A stretch of DNA of 63,496 nucleotides, the filler included, from Chiloscyllium plagiosum (Eukaryota), in the NCBI RefSeq assembly GCF_004010195.1. It is 4 parts of one record of this genome, joined end to end, with 100 filler letters (N's around TTAATTAATTAA, not from the genome) between each part and the next. Parts side by side here need not be neighbours in the genome. Positions count along the whole stretch, not along the records: positions 1 to 30,807 come from NC_057715.1; 3 more parts are not named here. The stretch is one strand, 5' to 3'. This document shows, piece after piece, positions 12,681 to 26,060 of the stretch. Positions within the stretch are counted from its first letter, which is position 1. Each line of letters starts with the position of its first letter. Position numbers and translations under genes: made by a program. A model generated the notes under the pieces. It was not told the DNA's origin, made no database searches, and was given only the letters and a program-made list of their open reading frames with translations.

Positions 12681-12934
12681 TGGTAATAAAGAATTACATA
12701 TATGTCATTCCAAACAGTGAATGATGCATGTGGAGACACAGGGCTATAAAAAGAATTAAAATTTGATGAAACCTATTATTAACTGCTTAATAACATTGAG
12801 TTTTAACTTCAAACATTGGGGGTGACTTGGGGTCATGACGAAGATGTAAATGTTAATGTTTATAGATTAAAAACAGAGAGGTCTTGAATCAAAGAGTTAA
12901 AAATTCAGATGTAAAGAAGAAGCAGATTGGACTC

Positions 12935-13382
12935 AAAGGATTTGAACTATAGGGAGAGCTGAATAGGCTGGGGCTGTTTTTCCTGTCAGAGGCTGAGGGG
13001 CAACCTTATAGAGGTTTATAAAATCATGAGGGGAATGGATAGGATAAATGGAGAAGGTCTTTTCCTTCGGGTGGGGGAGTCCAGAACTAGAGGGCATAGG
13101 TTTAGAGTGACACGGGAAAGATATAAAAGAGACTGAATGGGTAACCTTTATCATGCAGTGGGTGGTCCACGTATGGAATGACCTGCCAGCGTAAGTGGTG
13201 AAGGCTGGTATAAACACAGCATTTAAAAGGCATCTGGATGAGTACATGAATAGGAAGGGTTTAGAGGGTTATGGGCCAAGTGCTGGCAAATGGGACTAGA
13301 TTAGGTTAGAATATCTCATTGGCATGGATGAGTTGGACCGAAGGGTCTGTTTCCGTACTGTATATCTCCATGACTCTGACTC
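12935..13382 (+). mobile_element. CR1 LINE 3' end
   Basis: Reverse-complement homolog of 20305-20750; CR1 ORF2 C-terminal motifs. Confidence 0.85.
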
Positions 13383-14507
13383 TGTGGTACCTCTGTTTCT
13401 TTCTCCACTGATGCCATTGGGCTCCTCCCAGCATTTTCTGTTTTTATTTCAGTTTCCAAATGAAATTTCCCTTTAATCTGTTGGATATTTAACCAAAACA
13501 GCCACCATCCCAACCAACAGCCAATCCCATAGTCACCATTAAGTCTCCCCACAGCACATACAGGATGGATATCTCGGCGAGAGACCCGATTTAGATCCTG
13601 GTGCATGAGGTGTTTGAACAATAGGTGGGAGGGCACTTGAACAAAGTGGGACTCTGAAAGGAACAGAAAGCATTGGATAAATCGGAGGCTGAGCTAATGT
13701 AAGATTTTCTGATGAAGATCACATTCCCAATACTAATTATGCTTTACTAAAATTGCCCTAAAGGGCATTCTGAAGTATGAACACTTACACCTCTACCAGA
13801 CCTGAACTCGACAATTACAGTTATAGAGATATAGCGATCTACAGCACAGAAAGAAAAGGGTCCTTCAGTACATTATGTCTGCACAGGTGAAAGAAAAGCA
13901 CCTTTACAATTCAAAGAGACTGTATCCTGCCAGTTCTCACAATATCACTCACAGCATCCACTGTCATATTGTAGGTTAACTGCCAAATAATCAGTTGCTT
14001 GTCCAGAAGTGATAACTCCATGAGGTATTTATTTAAAACTGTAATACACATTAGAAGTTACGAAGCAGACATTATCGAGTAAAATAGCTGATTTCTGAGA
14101 CGGCAACTTGCAAAACCAAAGCAGATTAACAGCCAGGCAGTCAACACTGTGTACAGATGAAGCACATGGAGTCCCGAAAGGCAAGCTGTCTTAAAGGAAG
14201 TTCCACATAAAATATGGATTTCTGCTCTGTTCATTCTGCTCTCAAAGTTTCTGTCTTCATTTCCTGTCTATACTCTAGTGCCTAATCAGACTCCTCTATA
14301 TTTAACCCACAATAGAATAAACTCATATTTGTTTGCCTTCACTTTAGAAAGTGATTAAGATTGTGATAGATTTTTTCTTCTGTAATTTGTTTTGACTCAA
14401 TTATCATATGCAGAAGAATCTCTTGTAATATCTGCATTGGTAACTAAGAAGGATGAGAACAAAAATCTTGGAAAATATGAACCGCATAGTTTTCCATTAC
14501 TCAACCT

Positions 14508-14619
14508 AGTAGTTAAATCCTTGCTGATCGCTGGCAGAAGGGGGACTATTTTCAATGAGAAGGATTTCAGTTCTTTCACTGCACCAGTGATAGTTCCTAT
14601 GGATTGGCATTCAAATGGC
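14508..14619 (+). repeat. 112-bp dispersed duplicate, copy 2
   Basis: See 11942-12053. Confidence 0.9.
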
Positions 14620-14964
14620 AAAGTCTGCTATTCAAAAGATGTAGCAATGTAAGGAATAAGCAGTGACTTACACACAGAGTCAAAAATCCAATTTCAAGAT
14701 AGCCAAGAATTTCCACCATCCAAACTGACAATTACATAATCTCTTGCAAACTGCAGTGTGCAGTCTTCCAATGTTTTGAAAAAGCTCGCGAGGAATAAAA
14801 ATAATTTGGTGTTGCGGGTGACCCATTAAAAATGAGGTACATCACTCCCCCCACCCCAGCTTTTTGCATAGCCACAGCCCAGATGAAGGTGTCAGGCTGG
14901 TCACCTTAATCCAGTCTTCATCACTGAAGTAAAACCTGGCAGAGAGATTGATGGTCAAAGGAGG

Positions 14965-16762
14965 GTGTCTGCATACCTCGACACGGTCCTGTCCCCCTTA
15001 GTCCAAGAACTCCCCACCTACGTTCGGGACACCACCCACGCCCTCCACCTCCTCCATGATTTTTGCTTCCCCGGCCCCCAACGCCTTATCTTCACCATGG
15101 ACATCCAGTCCTTATACACCTCCATCCCCCACCACAAAGGCCTCAAAGCCCTCTGCTTCTTCCTTTCCTGCCGAACCAACCAATACCCTTCCACTGACAC
15201 CCTCCTTCGACTGACTGAACTGGTCCTCACCCTGAACAACTTCTCTTTCCAATCCTCCCACTTCCTCCAAACCAAAGGAGTAGCCATGGACCCCAGCTAT
15301 GCCTGCCTCTTCGTAAGATATGTGGATCAGTCCATCTTTCGCAACTACACTGGCCCCACCCCCCACCTTTTCCTCCGCTACATCGATGACTGTATCGGCG
15401 CCGCCGCGTGCTCCCACGAGGAGGTTGAACAGTTCACCCACTTCACCAACACCTTCCACCCCGACCTCAAATTCACCTGGACAGTCCCAGATTCCTCCCT
15501 CCCCTTCCTCGACCTATCTATTTCTACCTCAGGCGACCGAATCAACACGGACATCTACTACAAACCAACCGACTCCCACAGCTACCTGGACTACACCTCC
15601 TCCCACCCTGCCCCCTGTAAAAACGCCATCCCATTCTCCCAAATNNNNNNNNNNNNNNNNNNNNNNNNNNNNNNNNNNNNNNNNNNNNNNNNNNNNNNNN
15701 NNNNNNNNNNNNNNNNNNNNNNNNNNNNNNNNNNNNNNNNNNNNNNNNNNNNNNNNNNNNNNNNNNNNNNNNNNNNNNNNNNNNNNNNNNNNNNNNNNNN
15801 NNNNNNNNNNNNNNNNNNNNNNNNNNNNNNNNNNNNNNNNNNNNNNNNNNNNNNNNNNNNNNNNNNNNNNNNNNNNNNNNNNNNNNNNNNNNNNNNNNNN
15901 NNNNNNNNNNNNNNNNNNNNNNNNNNNNNNNNNNNNNNNNNNNNNNNNNNNNNNNNNNNNNNNNNNNNNNNNNNNNNNNNNNNNNNNNNNNNNNNNNNNN
16001 NNNNNNNNNNNNNNNNNNNNNNNNNNNNNNNNNNNNNNNNNNNNNNNNNNNNNNNNNNNNNNNNNNNNNNNNNNNNNNNNNNNNNNNNNNNNNNNNNNNN
16101 NNNNNNNNNNNNNNNNNNNNNNNNNNNNNNNNNNNNNNNNNNNNNNNNNNNNNNNNNNNNNNNNNNNNNNNNNNNNNNNNNNNNNNNNNNNNNNNNNNNN
16201 NNNNNNNNNNNNNNNNNNNNNNNNNNNNNNNNNNNNNNNNNNNNNNNNNNNNNNNNNNNNNNNNNNNNNNNNNNNNNNNNNNNNNNNNNNNNNNNNNNNN
16301 NNNNNNNNNNNNNNNNNNNNNNNNNNNNNNNNNNNNNNNNNNNNNNNNNNNNNNNNNNNNNNNNNNNNNNNNNNNNNNNNNNNNNNNNNNNNNNNNNNNN
16401 NNNNNNNNNNNNNNNNNNNNNNNNNNNNNNNNNNNNNNNNNNNNNNNNNNNNNNNNNNNNTCAGCACCGCCTTCTTGACCTGCAATCTTCTTCCCGACCT
16501 CTCCGACCCCACCCCCTCTCCGGCCTGTCACCCTCACCTTAACCTCTTTCCACCTATCACATTCCCAATGCCCCTCCCCCAAGTCCCTCCTCCCTATCTT
16601 TTATCTTAGCCTGCTTGGCACACCCTCCTCATTCCTGAAGAAGGGCTTATGCCCGAAACATCGATTCTCCTGCTCCTTGGTTGCTGCCTGGCCTACTGCG
16701 CTTTTCCAGCAACACATTTTTCAGCTCTGATCTCCAGCATCTATAGTCCTCACTTTCTTCTT
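14965..16762 (+). mobile_element. Penelope-like (Neptune-type) retroelement, 5'-truncated: RT core, gap, 3' end with hammerhead
   Basis: FTMDIQSLYTSIP, KGVAM(del)DPSYACLF, FLRYIDD, LPFLDL, YYKPTDSHSYLDYTSSHP are PLE RT motifs; the 3' end has ATTCCTGAAGAAGGGCTTATGCCCGAAACATCGATT (16631-16666) and the family A tail. Confidence 0.9.
15645..16460. other. Assembly gap (816 N)
   Basis: Run of N. Confidence 1.
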
Positions 16763-18330
16763 CTCCTTATGAAGTAAAATGTATCAATGTAATATTTCGT
16801 AGGGATTCTGCCTTCTGATTCTGGAGCATCTCAATTTCAATAGTGCAGGGTCAAGTCACTGCCATGAAAAAGGTAGGTGTTGGTATCAAAATGGATACAT
16901 CTTAGGAAGTGACTCAGAAGGTGAGTTACATGCCACAGCATTCCAGTGTCTAGCCTGCTCTTGTAGCCATGTGTTTATGTAGTGAGTCTAATGAGTTTCT
17001 GGTCAATGGTAATTGACCAGAATGTTGATAGAGAGGGAATTCAGTGATGGCAACACCATTGAATATCAAGGGGCGGTGGTTAGATTGCATCCTATTGGAG
17101 ATAGTCATTGCTTGACATTATTCACAGTTAACTCTTGACTGTTGACCACCTAAACAAAATAACTTAACGTCATATAATGGCTGTTTTTGGAATGTTGCTG
17201 TGTAAAATTTGACAGTGGTATTTGAGCATAGCAACCCTTCAAAAATAATATTTTGGGGTGTTGACCATGTGAAAGTCATTATATAAATAAAAGATTTCTT
17301 TTCCACTCTAATCCCAAATCCGTGAAGAGATAATTTAACATTTGAAAACAAAAAAAAGCCTATTAATGGATACCATCTGTTACCAGTATCCCTTTTCCAT
17401 TGGAACTTCCATTCAAACTCAAATGAGATTAAATAATTACACCCTCTCCTTGAATTGCTGGCCATCAAAGATCTTTTGGTGAAATGAGCCTGGGCATTCT
17501 CAGTGGAGGGGGTTTACAGCACAAAACCGCTGTTAAATTGGTCACGACCGGCACAAATTTGTCAACCATGCTCAGTGAGACTGTAATTAAATAGCTGGTG
17601 AGCAACTTCGATTTTTAACAGGTTCTGAAATTTCGCTGTGTGAACTAACCGACCAAAAAATGTCTGTACTTAATTATTCCAGTTCTTCCATTAGACAGAC
17701 ATAGGCTCATGCTCCAAAAATGTTCCTCTGTTGTGCGAGTGTCATTGCATTTCAAAATAACTTACTTTTCCTTTGAGAATGTTTCATTATTCATGATCGT
17801 TGGAACAATAACAACTATATTCCTACACCCATGCACTTTCATCTTGTAAATGTTCTTTATGTGCAGCATTGAACATTCGTGAAAGAATTAGATAGCAGTA
17901 GCACCAGGTGTGATTTTGAACTGTTAAGTTGTGAGTGCTCCAGTTATATTATGAAACTGGCTTGGATTTAGTTGAACAAATTATATGAAATGGTGACTTT
18001 TCCCACAATTCAAAACCAATTGACAGTCACTTACATGAGAGAAACAGTCTTCCTTGGAATTATAATGTATACTAGACACATAATTTTTTTCTGTAATCAT
18101 CTGTAGATTATTTCTCTATAGGGCCTGCAGCAGTGATGCCAGAAACACCTTTAGCCATTATTCATTTCGGTGTGAATCAATTATGTTGTTGGTTTTGATT
18201 TTACAGGCTGGAAATAGTATCTCAAATGTTAAAGTCCTGAGGGTTCTACATGAGAATATATGTGGATTTCTTTAAGGATTATCAAGGCTAAAAACGTCTA
18301 TTGTGTTACATAGTCTTATTCCTTCTTCTG

Positions 18331-18460
18331 GAAGAAAGTGAGGACTGCAGATGCTGGAGACCAGAGTTGAAAAATGTGGTGCTGGAAAAACACAGCAGGC
18401 CAGGCAGCATCCGGGGAGCAGGAGAATCGATGTTTCAGGCATAAGCCCTTCTTCAGGAAT
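18331..18460 (-). mobile_element. 130-bp family A hammerhead-anchored PLE-derived insertion
   Basis: Perfect 16-bp TSD CTTATTCCTTCTTCTG (18315-18330 / 18462-18477); 5' end is the ATTC of hammerhead stem I. Confidence 0.9.
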
Positions 18461-19449
18461 CCTTATTCCTTCTTCTGCCCAAATTGCAATTGAAAGTCTC
18501 CTTTAGCTTTGTTTGCAAACAATGAAACACTGAGTGTTCACTATTTTTGGAGACTGATGCACTGTGATTTGTTTATGGAACTATTCGGGATTCTATTTAA
18601 ATGAAAGCCGTTCCATAGGGGCATGAGTGGACCTTTCAGCCCCTCAGTTCTGTTCTGACAATCAATGTAATCGCAGTTGAACAACTCATTTACTTCTCAG
18701 AGCTCCATATCTCCCGATAGTTATCCTCAAAGGTCTATCAACCTTATTATTCAAAGGTTCAAATGTCATCACATCCACCAGCTTTTGAGGAAAGAGAATT
18801 TTTGATTTCCAGCGTAAGGCTGATCACTACATAATTCAGATTTGCACCAATCTTTACCATGCGCTAATTGCAACGATGACTGCTCAGCATTACAGCAATT
18901 GGGAAGTCTCCGACAGCAGAATCCCACTGTCCTCTCTCAGCACAACAGCATTGATTCTCTGAGCACTAACAAGCGCCCAGTACCCTTGTTGGTCAGCCAG
19001 ACCAGACTGCAGTCTGCTATGACCCATGATCAAGGCAGTCCAGTCCAAATCTAGGGCATTCAGAGCTAGTTGAAATCCTTATGCAAGGCCATTTGCAATC
19101 TTGTCCACTGAAAATCAAAAGCACCAGGATAGAACTGCATAGGAATAGAAGAATGGGTGAAGGCAGATAGAGTATGGGCAGTTAGGGAATGCACAAGCCT
19201 GCACATTTCACTCTTGTTAAAGTGCTGGATAATTTGACATATTTGTTTTAAAGCATTTGTTGAGCAGTGGCTTTTATTTCAGCATTGTCTTGATCAGTCA
19301 CAGGAAGCAAGTGTGAGACTGCTGAAGAATGGAGGTTGAACTCAGTCAACCATTGCTAGTTGAGTTGTGTTGCTTGCTTTATCCCTTCCTACTCCTCTTC
19401 CTCTTCCCACTCAGTACAGGTTTCACCGTAGACAAAGCGTCCATGTATG

Positions 19450-19560
19450 TCTGCGGCACACTGGAGTTACAAGCCAGATGATCAGCGGATCAGCTCTTGC
19501 TCCTGAGGAGGCAGCCTGTTGTAGCTCATATGCAGATGCTGCAGTAGATTACTGCAGAAT
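19450..19560 (-). pseudogene. Degenerate PIF/Harbinger transposase remnant
   Basis: Minus strand gives TGCLLRSKS*/PLIIWLVTPV across a frameshift, resembling GWLLGDKGYPLxxWLMTP of HARBI1-type DDE transposases. Confidence 0.4.
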
Positions 19561-19561
19561 G

Positions 19562-19840
19562 AAGATATCAGTAATAGGGAAAATGTCAGAGGCCATTCTC
19601 AAAGATTTACTAACACAGCATTTGGAAAACAGTGACGGGATTGGAGAGAATCAGCATGGGTTTACAAAAGGAAAATCATGCTTGATAAATCGACTGGAAT
19701 GTTTTGAGGATCTAGCTCATAAAGTTGATAATGGGAACCTAGTGAATCTGCGTTACTTGGACTTTCAGAAGCCTTTCGATATGGCCCTACATCAAAGATT
19801 AGTGTGCAAGATTAAATCGCGTGGGATTGGAGGTAGTGTA
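19562..19840 (+). mobile_element. CR1 LINE RT fragment
   Basis: QHGFTKGKSCLINRLECF...YLDFQKPFD...HQRL motifs. Confidence 0.85.
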
Positions 19841-20304
19841 GAGACAGGTGAAAGTGTTAGGTGGAGTTCTGAACTCAGAATGATTGTGCTAATATTAAGT
19901 CTGCAATATCCACTGACTGACACAATCTGCTTAGTCTGCATACTTGTCACACACGCTTCCTCCATCCACCCGAACATTATATCAAAGATTATAGTTTGCG
20001 CTAGAAGGGTTAGATTCAACAGGGCAGGCAGGTGGTTAGGGAAGAAATGGCCAGGGAAATGAGGTGATGGAGGACTTGTCGCCTTCAATGGCAGACAAGG
20101 TCAATGGCACGGCTTGATTCCCGGAGGCCAAGTCAGTCATTTAGACAATAATTAAAGGCCTCTCTGACCATTGCTGGCACTTTACCAGTTTGCCCATCCA
20201 CTATGTGGGGGTGGGGGCTGCCTATTGAATCCTGGGTGACCTCCTGCAGGTTTGTTGGTATTGATCTCAACTTGCATGGTTCACAGAGGAGCAACCCCAC
20301 TGCC

Positions 20305-20865
20305 ATAGAGTCATAGAGATGTACAGCATGGAAACAGACCCTTTGGCCCAACCTGTCCATGCCGACCAGATATCCCAACCCAATCTAGTCCCACCTGCCA
20401 GCACCCAGCCCATATCCCTCCAAACCCTTCCTATTCATATACCCATCCAAATGCCTCTTAAATGTTGCAATTGTACCAGCCTCCACCACATCCTCTGGCA
20501 GTTCATTCCATATACGTACCACCCTCTGCGTGAAAATGTTGCCCCTTAGGTCTCTTTTACATCTTTCCCCTCTCGTCCTAAACCTATGCCCTCTAGTTCT
20601 GGACTCCCCAACCCCAGGGAAAGGACTTTGCCTATTTATCCTATCCATGCCCCTCATAATTTTGTAAACCACTATAAGGTCACCCCTCAGCCTCTGACGC
20701 TCCAGGGAAAACAGCCCCAGCCTGTTCAGCCTTTCCCTGTAGCTCAGATCTTCCAACCCTGGCAACATCCTTGTAAATCTTTTCTGAACCCTTCCAAGTT
20801 TCACAATATCTTTCCGATAGGAAGGAGACCAGAATTGCACGCAATATTCCAACAGTGGCCTAACC
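20305..20865 (-). mobile_element. Young CR1 (HER1-like) LINE 3' end
   Basis: Open ORF2 C-terminus VRPLLEYCVQFWSP...RLRGDLI...TRGHRF...WNELP; (CTATGA) tail; candidate TSD CCA(C/G)TGCCAT 20297-20306 / 20868-20877. Confidence 0.92.
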
Positions 20866-22519
20866 ATCCAGTGCCATCCAAACCCCAATGTCAATGCCCT
20901 AGTCCTTACCAGTAGCACCTCCCGTATCAGCTAGGTGTTATGCTACTTTAGCACATTTGCATTATTGTAGTGATGTGGGAACCATTGACATCTTCAGATA
21001 GCAGCAGTCTGAAACCCTGGTTTCAGATTGACAGTGGTTTTGTATTTTCTATCAGAATTGTTACATTTATTGCTCAGTAAAAAGGCATAAATATTTGTTC
21101 TGTGAACTCTTGCCCTTCAAGCTGTTCATGGTGAAAGGTTGAAGATTAAAGAAATCTATGAATGATTTATTTGAACTTAGCTCTTCACTGAGCTTCGTAC
21201 ATTCTCTCATATGTTGATCAGCTGGTCATTTTGTTTATCTATTCTTCACACCAAGGTAAATGTGACAGCCAATCCCTCTTTGGTAGGCAGTAAAACCCAG
21301 GGTGACAAATTGCCCATAGCAGTCAATTACAAGATCACTTTTGTGGTTAGCAGTGACCATGTTGTATCACTAAGGGCAAGGGACCTAATTTGTGACACCC
21401 CTCTCAAAACACAGATATGTCTTGGAGAGAAATCTAAACCCAATGATTGGAGTGGAGAGTTGAGAGGTCATGACGTATTGGCAACATGATTGTCTTGAGA
21501 ATGGTCATTGGCATACGTGATGGAGAACACAAAGAAAAGTCACTTTATTCTTCTATTCCTGATACTTAGTGCAGTTTAACGAGGCAGATTCCCAATGTAT
21601 AAGGTAGGAAATTACCCTTAATTGACCGCTTAAGTAGTTTAATTGACTGCTAGGTCGGCAGTCATTCTGCCATCTTTTCTATCAATGGCCCCAGGAAGTC
21701 ATTAGATATGTGCTTCCTCCTGACTATTTTGCCAAACTTTCCATTTTCTAGCCCATCACCAATAGACCCGAAAAAAGGTCTGTGCAATATACCATACACA
21801 CAAATGAACAATAAGGAAGTATATAACTCAAGTAATAGGTGATTTTGAATAGATACATTTGAACAGCTATGAAAAGCTTCAGATATAATTGTCAATGTAA
21901 ACAGAGCATGACAGGGGAATTGTTATGAATGCTACACTTTGACTCTTTATCTCTTTCTATCTCTCACATGTTGTCTCACTGCTGTATCAGTGTTATTCTC
22001 CAGAAAATTAATCACAAGGCTGATTTTATGAGGCTGTTTTAGCATGTCATATGTATAGTGAATGGAACCATTTTAACGACTGTTTTGAGACCCCAGCTTT
22101 AGGAGAGCCTTTAGACTAATAATATAAATTGTATGACATTTAGCTAATGTTATCACAAATTCCACCTCCGTCCCTTCTCTAACCCCTTTCAAGGAAATAC
22201 TTGAATTACACAGAGTCTAACACCACGCCAGGATGCTTGTGTGGTTACTGCAGTAATGCAGCCAAATTATTTCCAATTTTCAAAAAGCTTGGTAAAAGCT
22301 ATTATTTAATTTCTTTTTAAGTGATGTTAGTTCAGGGATAAATATTGGCCAGGTCACTGGGAAAATCACTGTTTTTCACTTTTAATATCACTGTAGGCTA
22401 ATCCTGTTGATTTGGGAAGGGATAGAAATGCTTTGATTGAATACATCATCCAAAAGACTACACCAAATTGCCAGTCCAGATGACCTAATCATTCTGACAT
22501 TGTTATGAACAAATTGGAT

Positions 22520-23295
22520 GCCTCCATTCCTATGAAGGAGAAAGGGAGACAGTGAAAACAAGAAAAGGAAAGAAGGAGTCAGAAACAGGCCAGGTAAAGG
22601 TGGGAGAAGGATGGAAATTGGGAGCAAAATGCTTTAATTTTGTTTTCTATTTCAGATGAGAGCAGGAAGCAGCACCAAAAACATTGTTGGAAGAGATGTG
22701 GGTGAGGGCCTGAATAGAACTGAAACAAAGAGCTTTCCACATGCCTCATGCATAACTGGGACACATGTGGATCCCCGTAAAGGTATCTTTGACTTGGAGA
22801 AAGTGAGATGAGTTAGAGTAGAAGGTGTTCAAACAGAGAACAAACTCAGCCAGGTGGAGGAAGGTGGTCGTGGTGAGAAGTCTTCGGACCTCTTCAAGAA
22901 AGAAGCATAGAGACTTCAGACAGTCGTGATAGGGGAATGTTTCTGTAGGCAGACTACACATTCATGGTGAACATGACGTGGTTAGGGACTGGAAATTGTG
23001 GAATCAATGTGTAACATCTGAAGAAACACAATGTAAGTGGAAATAAACTGAACAAGGGGCAAGTAAAAATGGTGTCAAGATACAAAGAACTAGGTTCAGT
23101 GGGTGAAGAACAGGGTGAAATTATGGGTTTTCTCGAGCAATCCCATTTGTGGATTTTGAGATGGAGGCAGAAGGGGCTGTGCAGGGTTGGGGCACTATGA
23201 GCTGGGAAGTGGTGGGGAGATGTCTAGAGGAGGTGTGGTCAGTGACAGTCATGGAAACAACAGCTTGCTGTTCACTGCTGGGGTCATGGTCTAGG
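22520..23295 (-). mobile_element. Old Neptune-type PLE RT fragment
   Basis: FLHLAEFVLCLNTFYSNSSHFLQVK...MCPSYA aligns with the RT at 14965. Confidence 0.75.
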
Positions 23296-23807
23296 GAATT
23301 AACAGTGGTTAAGCACAGTAAAAATTATTTTTGTGCTAAATAAAGAAGCTAAATAAAGATACAGAAATTGAACCAATTTGCAGCAAAAATATTTGAGCTT
23401 TGAGGTTCTTGAAATGTTGAAGAATATTTCCTCCTTTATTAGTAAAACACTGAAGACTATTGATGGAAGCTGCAGATTTCTTTTTTAATATTATTCAATA
23501 TTTGATTCTTATTTTAACAAACAGGGATTCGTGTGAAAGCTGAGAACAGTGTATAGTCATTTGCATGGAATAGCAATAAAAGTTAAGAAGTGAGACTATT
23601 CCCATTGCTTCAAGGGTACAATCTTACTTTCTTCTAGAAACAAACATTTGAGATGACAAAATTAGAGACACCAGCAGCGACATAAAAACATAGCTCCTGT
23701 CCTCAACTTGAAAACCTTGAAGAATACACAGGTGTACCACAAAAATTATTCATCCTTCATCCACCTAACCTCCTTGATACTGCTGAAAGTGCATCACTTT
23801 ACCAATG

Positions 23808-24119
23808 ATTAGATTCCCTACAGTGTGGAAACAGGCCCTTTGATCCAACCAGTCCACACTGACCCTCTCCGAGAGCAACCCACCTAGACTCACTTCCGTC
23901 TGACTAATACACCTGACACTGTGGGTAATTTAGCTCGGCCAATTCACCTAACTTGCACATCTTTGGACTGCTGGAGGAAACCGGAGCACCCGGAGGAAAC
24001 CCATGCAGACACAGGGAGAATGTGCAAACTCCACATAGACAGTTGCCTGAGGCTGGAATCAAAACCAGGTCCCTGGCGCTTTGAGGCAGCAGTGCTTACC
24101 ACTGAGCCTCCATGCCACC
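23808..24119 (-). mobile_element. HE1-like V-SINE
   Basis: Reverse complement of 12050-12338. Confidence 0.9.
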
Positions 24120-25339
24120 CTCAAACATGCAATCATTGCAGTCAGGGTTGGTCAACTATGGAGCACTTGCAGAGAGAATTATTTCACATTCTGCAGTAGA
24201 CCCCAGGAAATGTTTATATTGAGAATACCAATGGATCTGAACATTGGATCTGGGACTGAAAAAAAAACCTTTTTTTTTAATTTCTGAGAAGTTTTGATCT
24301 AATCAATCTTTCATGAATAATCTACTCATTTCCCTTTTACAGCAATGAGATTAATTATCATGATCTAGAGATCTGATACCTCTCTCTGTAAACTAGCAAT
24401 GCCTTTACTGTCATTAAAACCTTGACTGAAAATATCCAGGAGATATGGTAGCACAAATTGGATGTCAGTGCATTGTCAGCTGCTTTTGCACTATGTCTGA
24501 CTTCTCTTGCCAATGCAAATCACAATCAGTAACATTGACTGCCATTGAACTGTCATGTAAACAAATTTTCACCTGAGTCCATCTGAAAGATACAATAGGA
24601 CAGACTCATGCTAGGTGCAAGACGTTTAATTATAGAGTTGAAGCAACCTTATATTCAAGCTATTTGGGGTTGGATAAATCAAAACATATCCAATATCAAA
24701 TCTCTGATTATGTGCATTATAATTGTATAGATGTAAAGTTCTCTTAATTCATAAGTGGCATAAGTGCTCATGAGGCCAGATGGATTTTCTTACAAGGTAA
24801 CAATGCCTATTAAGTAGCATCATGTGCGAGACATTATATTTATTGTATGGGAAATGTTTAGACATTGTAAATCCAACTCATAAAGTGACCCATTAAGTAA
24901 TCATTTATAACACAGTTGTATTTTCTCAATTTGCTATAACAAATTATTGTGTCAGTGAAAAATAAAACAATCAAGGTCGTCTGTGGCATAAAATTGCCTG
25001 TTTTGCTAAAGGCATTAATCTTTGGTTTAAAGTCATTCAGTTTGATCAAATGTTTCATTTTAATGAGTATACAAGGGCAAATGGGACTTTGGGATTTAAT
25101 TTTCTTTCACAGGTTTCTTACTTCCTGCTAGAACAGGTTTATTCCTGGATACATTTCCAATGGCTCAATGAACTCTCTCTCTGTACCTCCTTACTGGTAA
25201 AACAACTTTGGATAGTGAATGACCACAATCTATTTAAAAATGGCTGGGTGTGGCATGGGAGTGTTGGGGCAGAGTCAGGTGCAATATCATGGTTGACGCT
25301 GATCCTGCTCTCAATACCTTTTCTTCTCAGGAAACCACT

Positions 25340-26060
25340 TGCAATTGCTGATTATTTTCATCTACCCTAGTGTTGTGGGTGCTGAGGTGACTAGTCAGCC
25401 CAGTGCTGGATCTGCACACACTCACTGTCACTTGTAGGGCAGGTGGCTTATGCTGAAGGTGGGTAGGTGGATACTTGGAGTTTTCATGTGCTCCTTTCCG
25501 CTGTTTGCATTGACCTCCATCTGAGCCTCTCGGGGACTCTTACAAAAGTTGACCCTTCGCACATGTTTCTTCTGCAAACTGCATAGTCTTGGGTTCAAGA
25601 TTCCCCTGAGCTAGTGGGGATGTTACATCTTTGTCAGGGAGGATTGGAGGACATCCTTAAAGTGAGTCCTCTGCTCTCCAGGTAACTGTTTCCAATGATG
25701 AAATTCTGAGTAGTTTGGGAAGTCTTCTGTCAGGTACATAAGCAATGATGTCCACCCACACAGCTGATTGCTCCTAGCCAATGCTTCAGGACTAGGGATG
25801 GGGGCCTGTTGGAGGTCACTGATACTGGAGTATTTAACCTGCTAGTCAATTTACAGGACATTGCAAAGGCATCGTAGGTGATATTTCAAAGGCCTTTGAG
25901 GTATCTAGTACACATTGTCCATTATGTCCAATATAAACAGGATAGCTGGTAACACTGCTGGCTGAAGACCATGAAGTTGGTGCTGGATTTCCATCTTTCT
26001 CATGAAACATCCTCTTCCTTAGATGGCCAAAGGCTGTGTTGGCATACTGGAGAGGACCTT
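25340..26060 (-). mobile_element. Old RTE LINE fragment
   Basis: Homologous to 358-770; ANTAFGHLRKRMF motif in ORF 25846..26100. Confidence 0.7.

Noticed and set aside
14965..16609. Long ORFs of 327-525 aa
   Set aside because: Their length comes from reading through 816 N; only the first ~225 aa of the + frame is real PLE RT, and it has a deletion in the GVAMG motif.
14925..16779. TGAAGTAAAA as the TSD of the Neptune copy
   Set aside because: The left copy is about 30 bp from the element boundary and the motif is AT-rich, so it is not accepted without an empty-site comparison.
19367..20062. 231-aa ORF as a host gene
   Set aside because: Chimeric read-through of a CR1 RT fragment and unrelated flanks.
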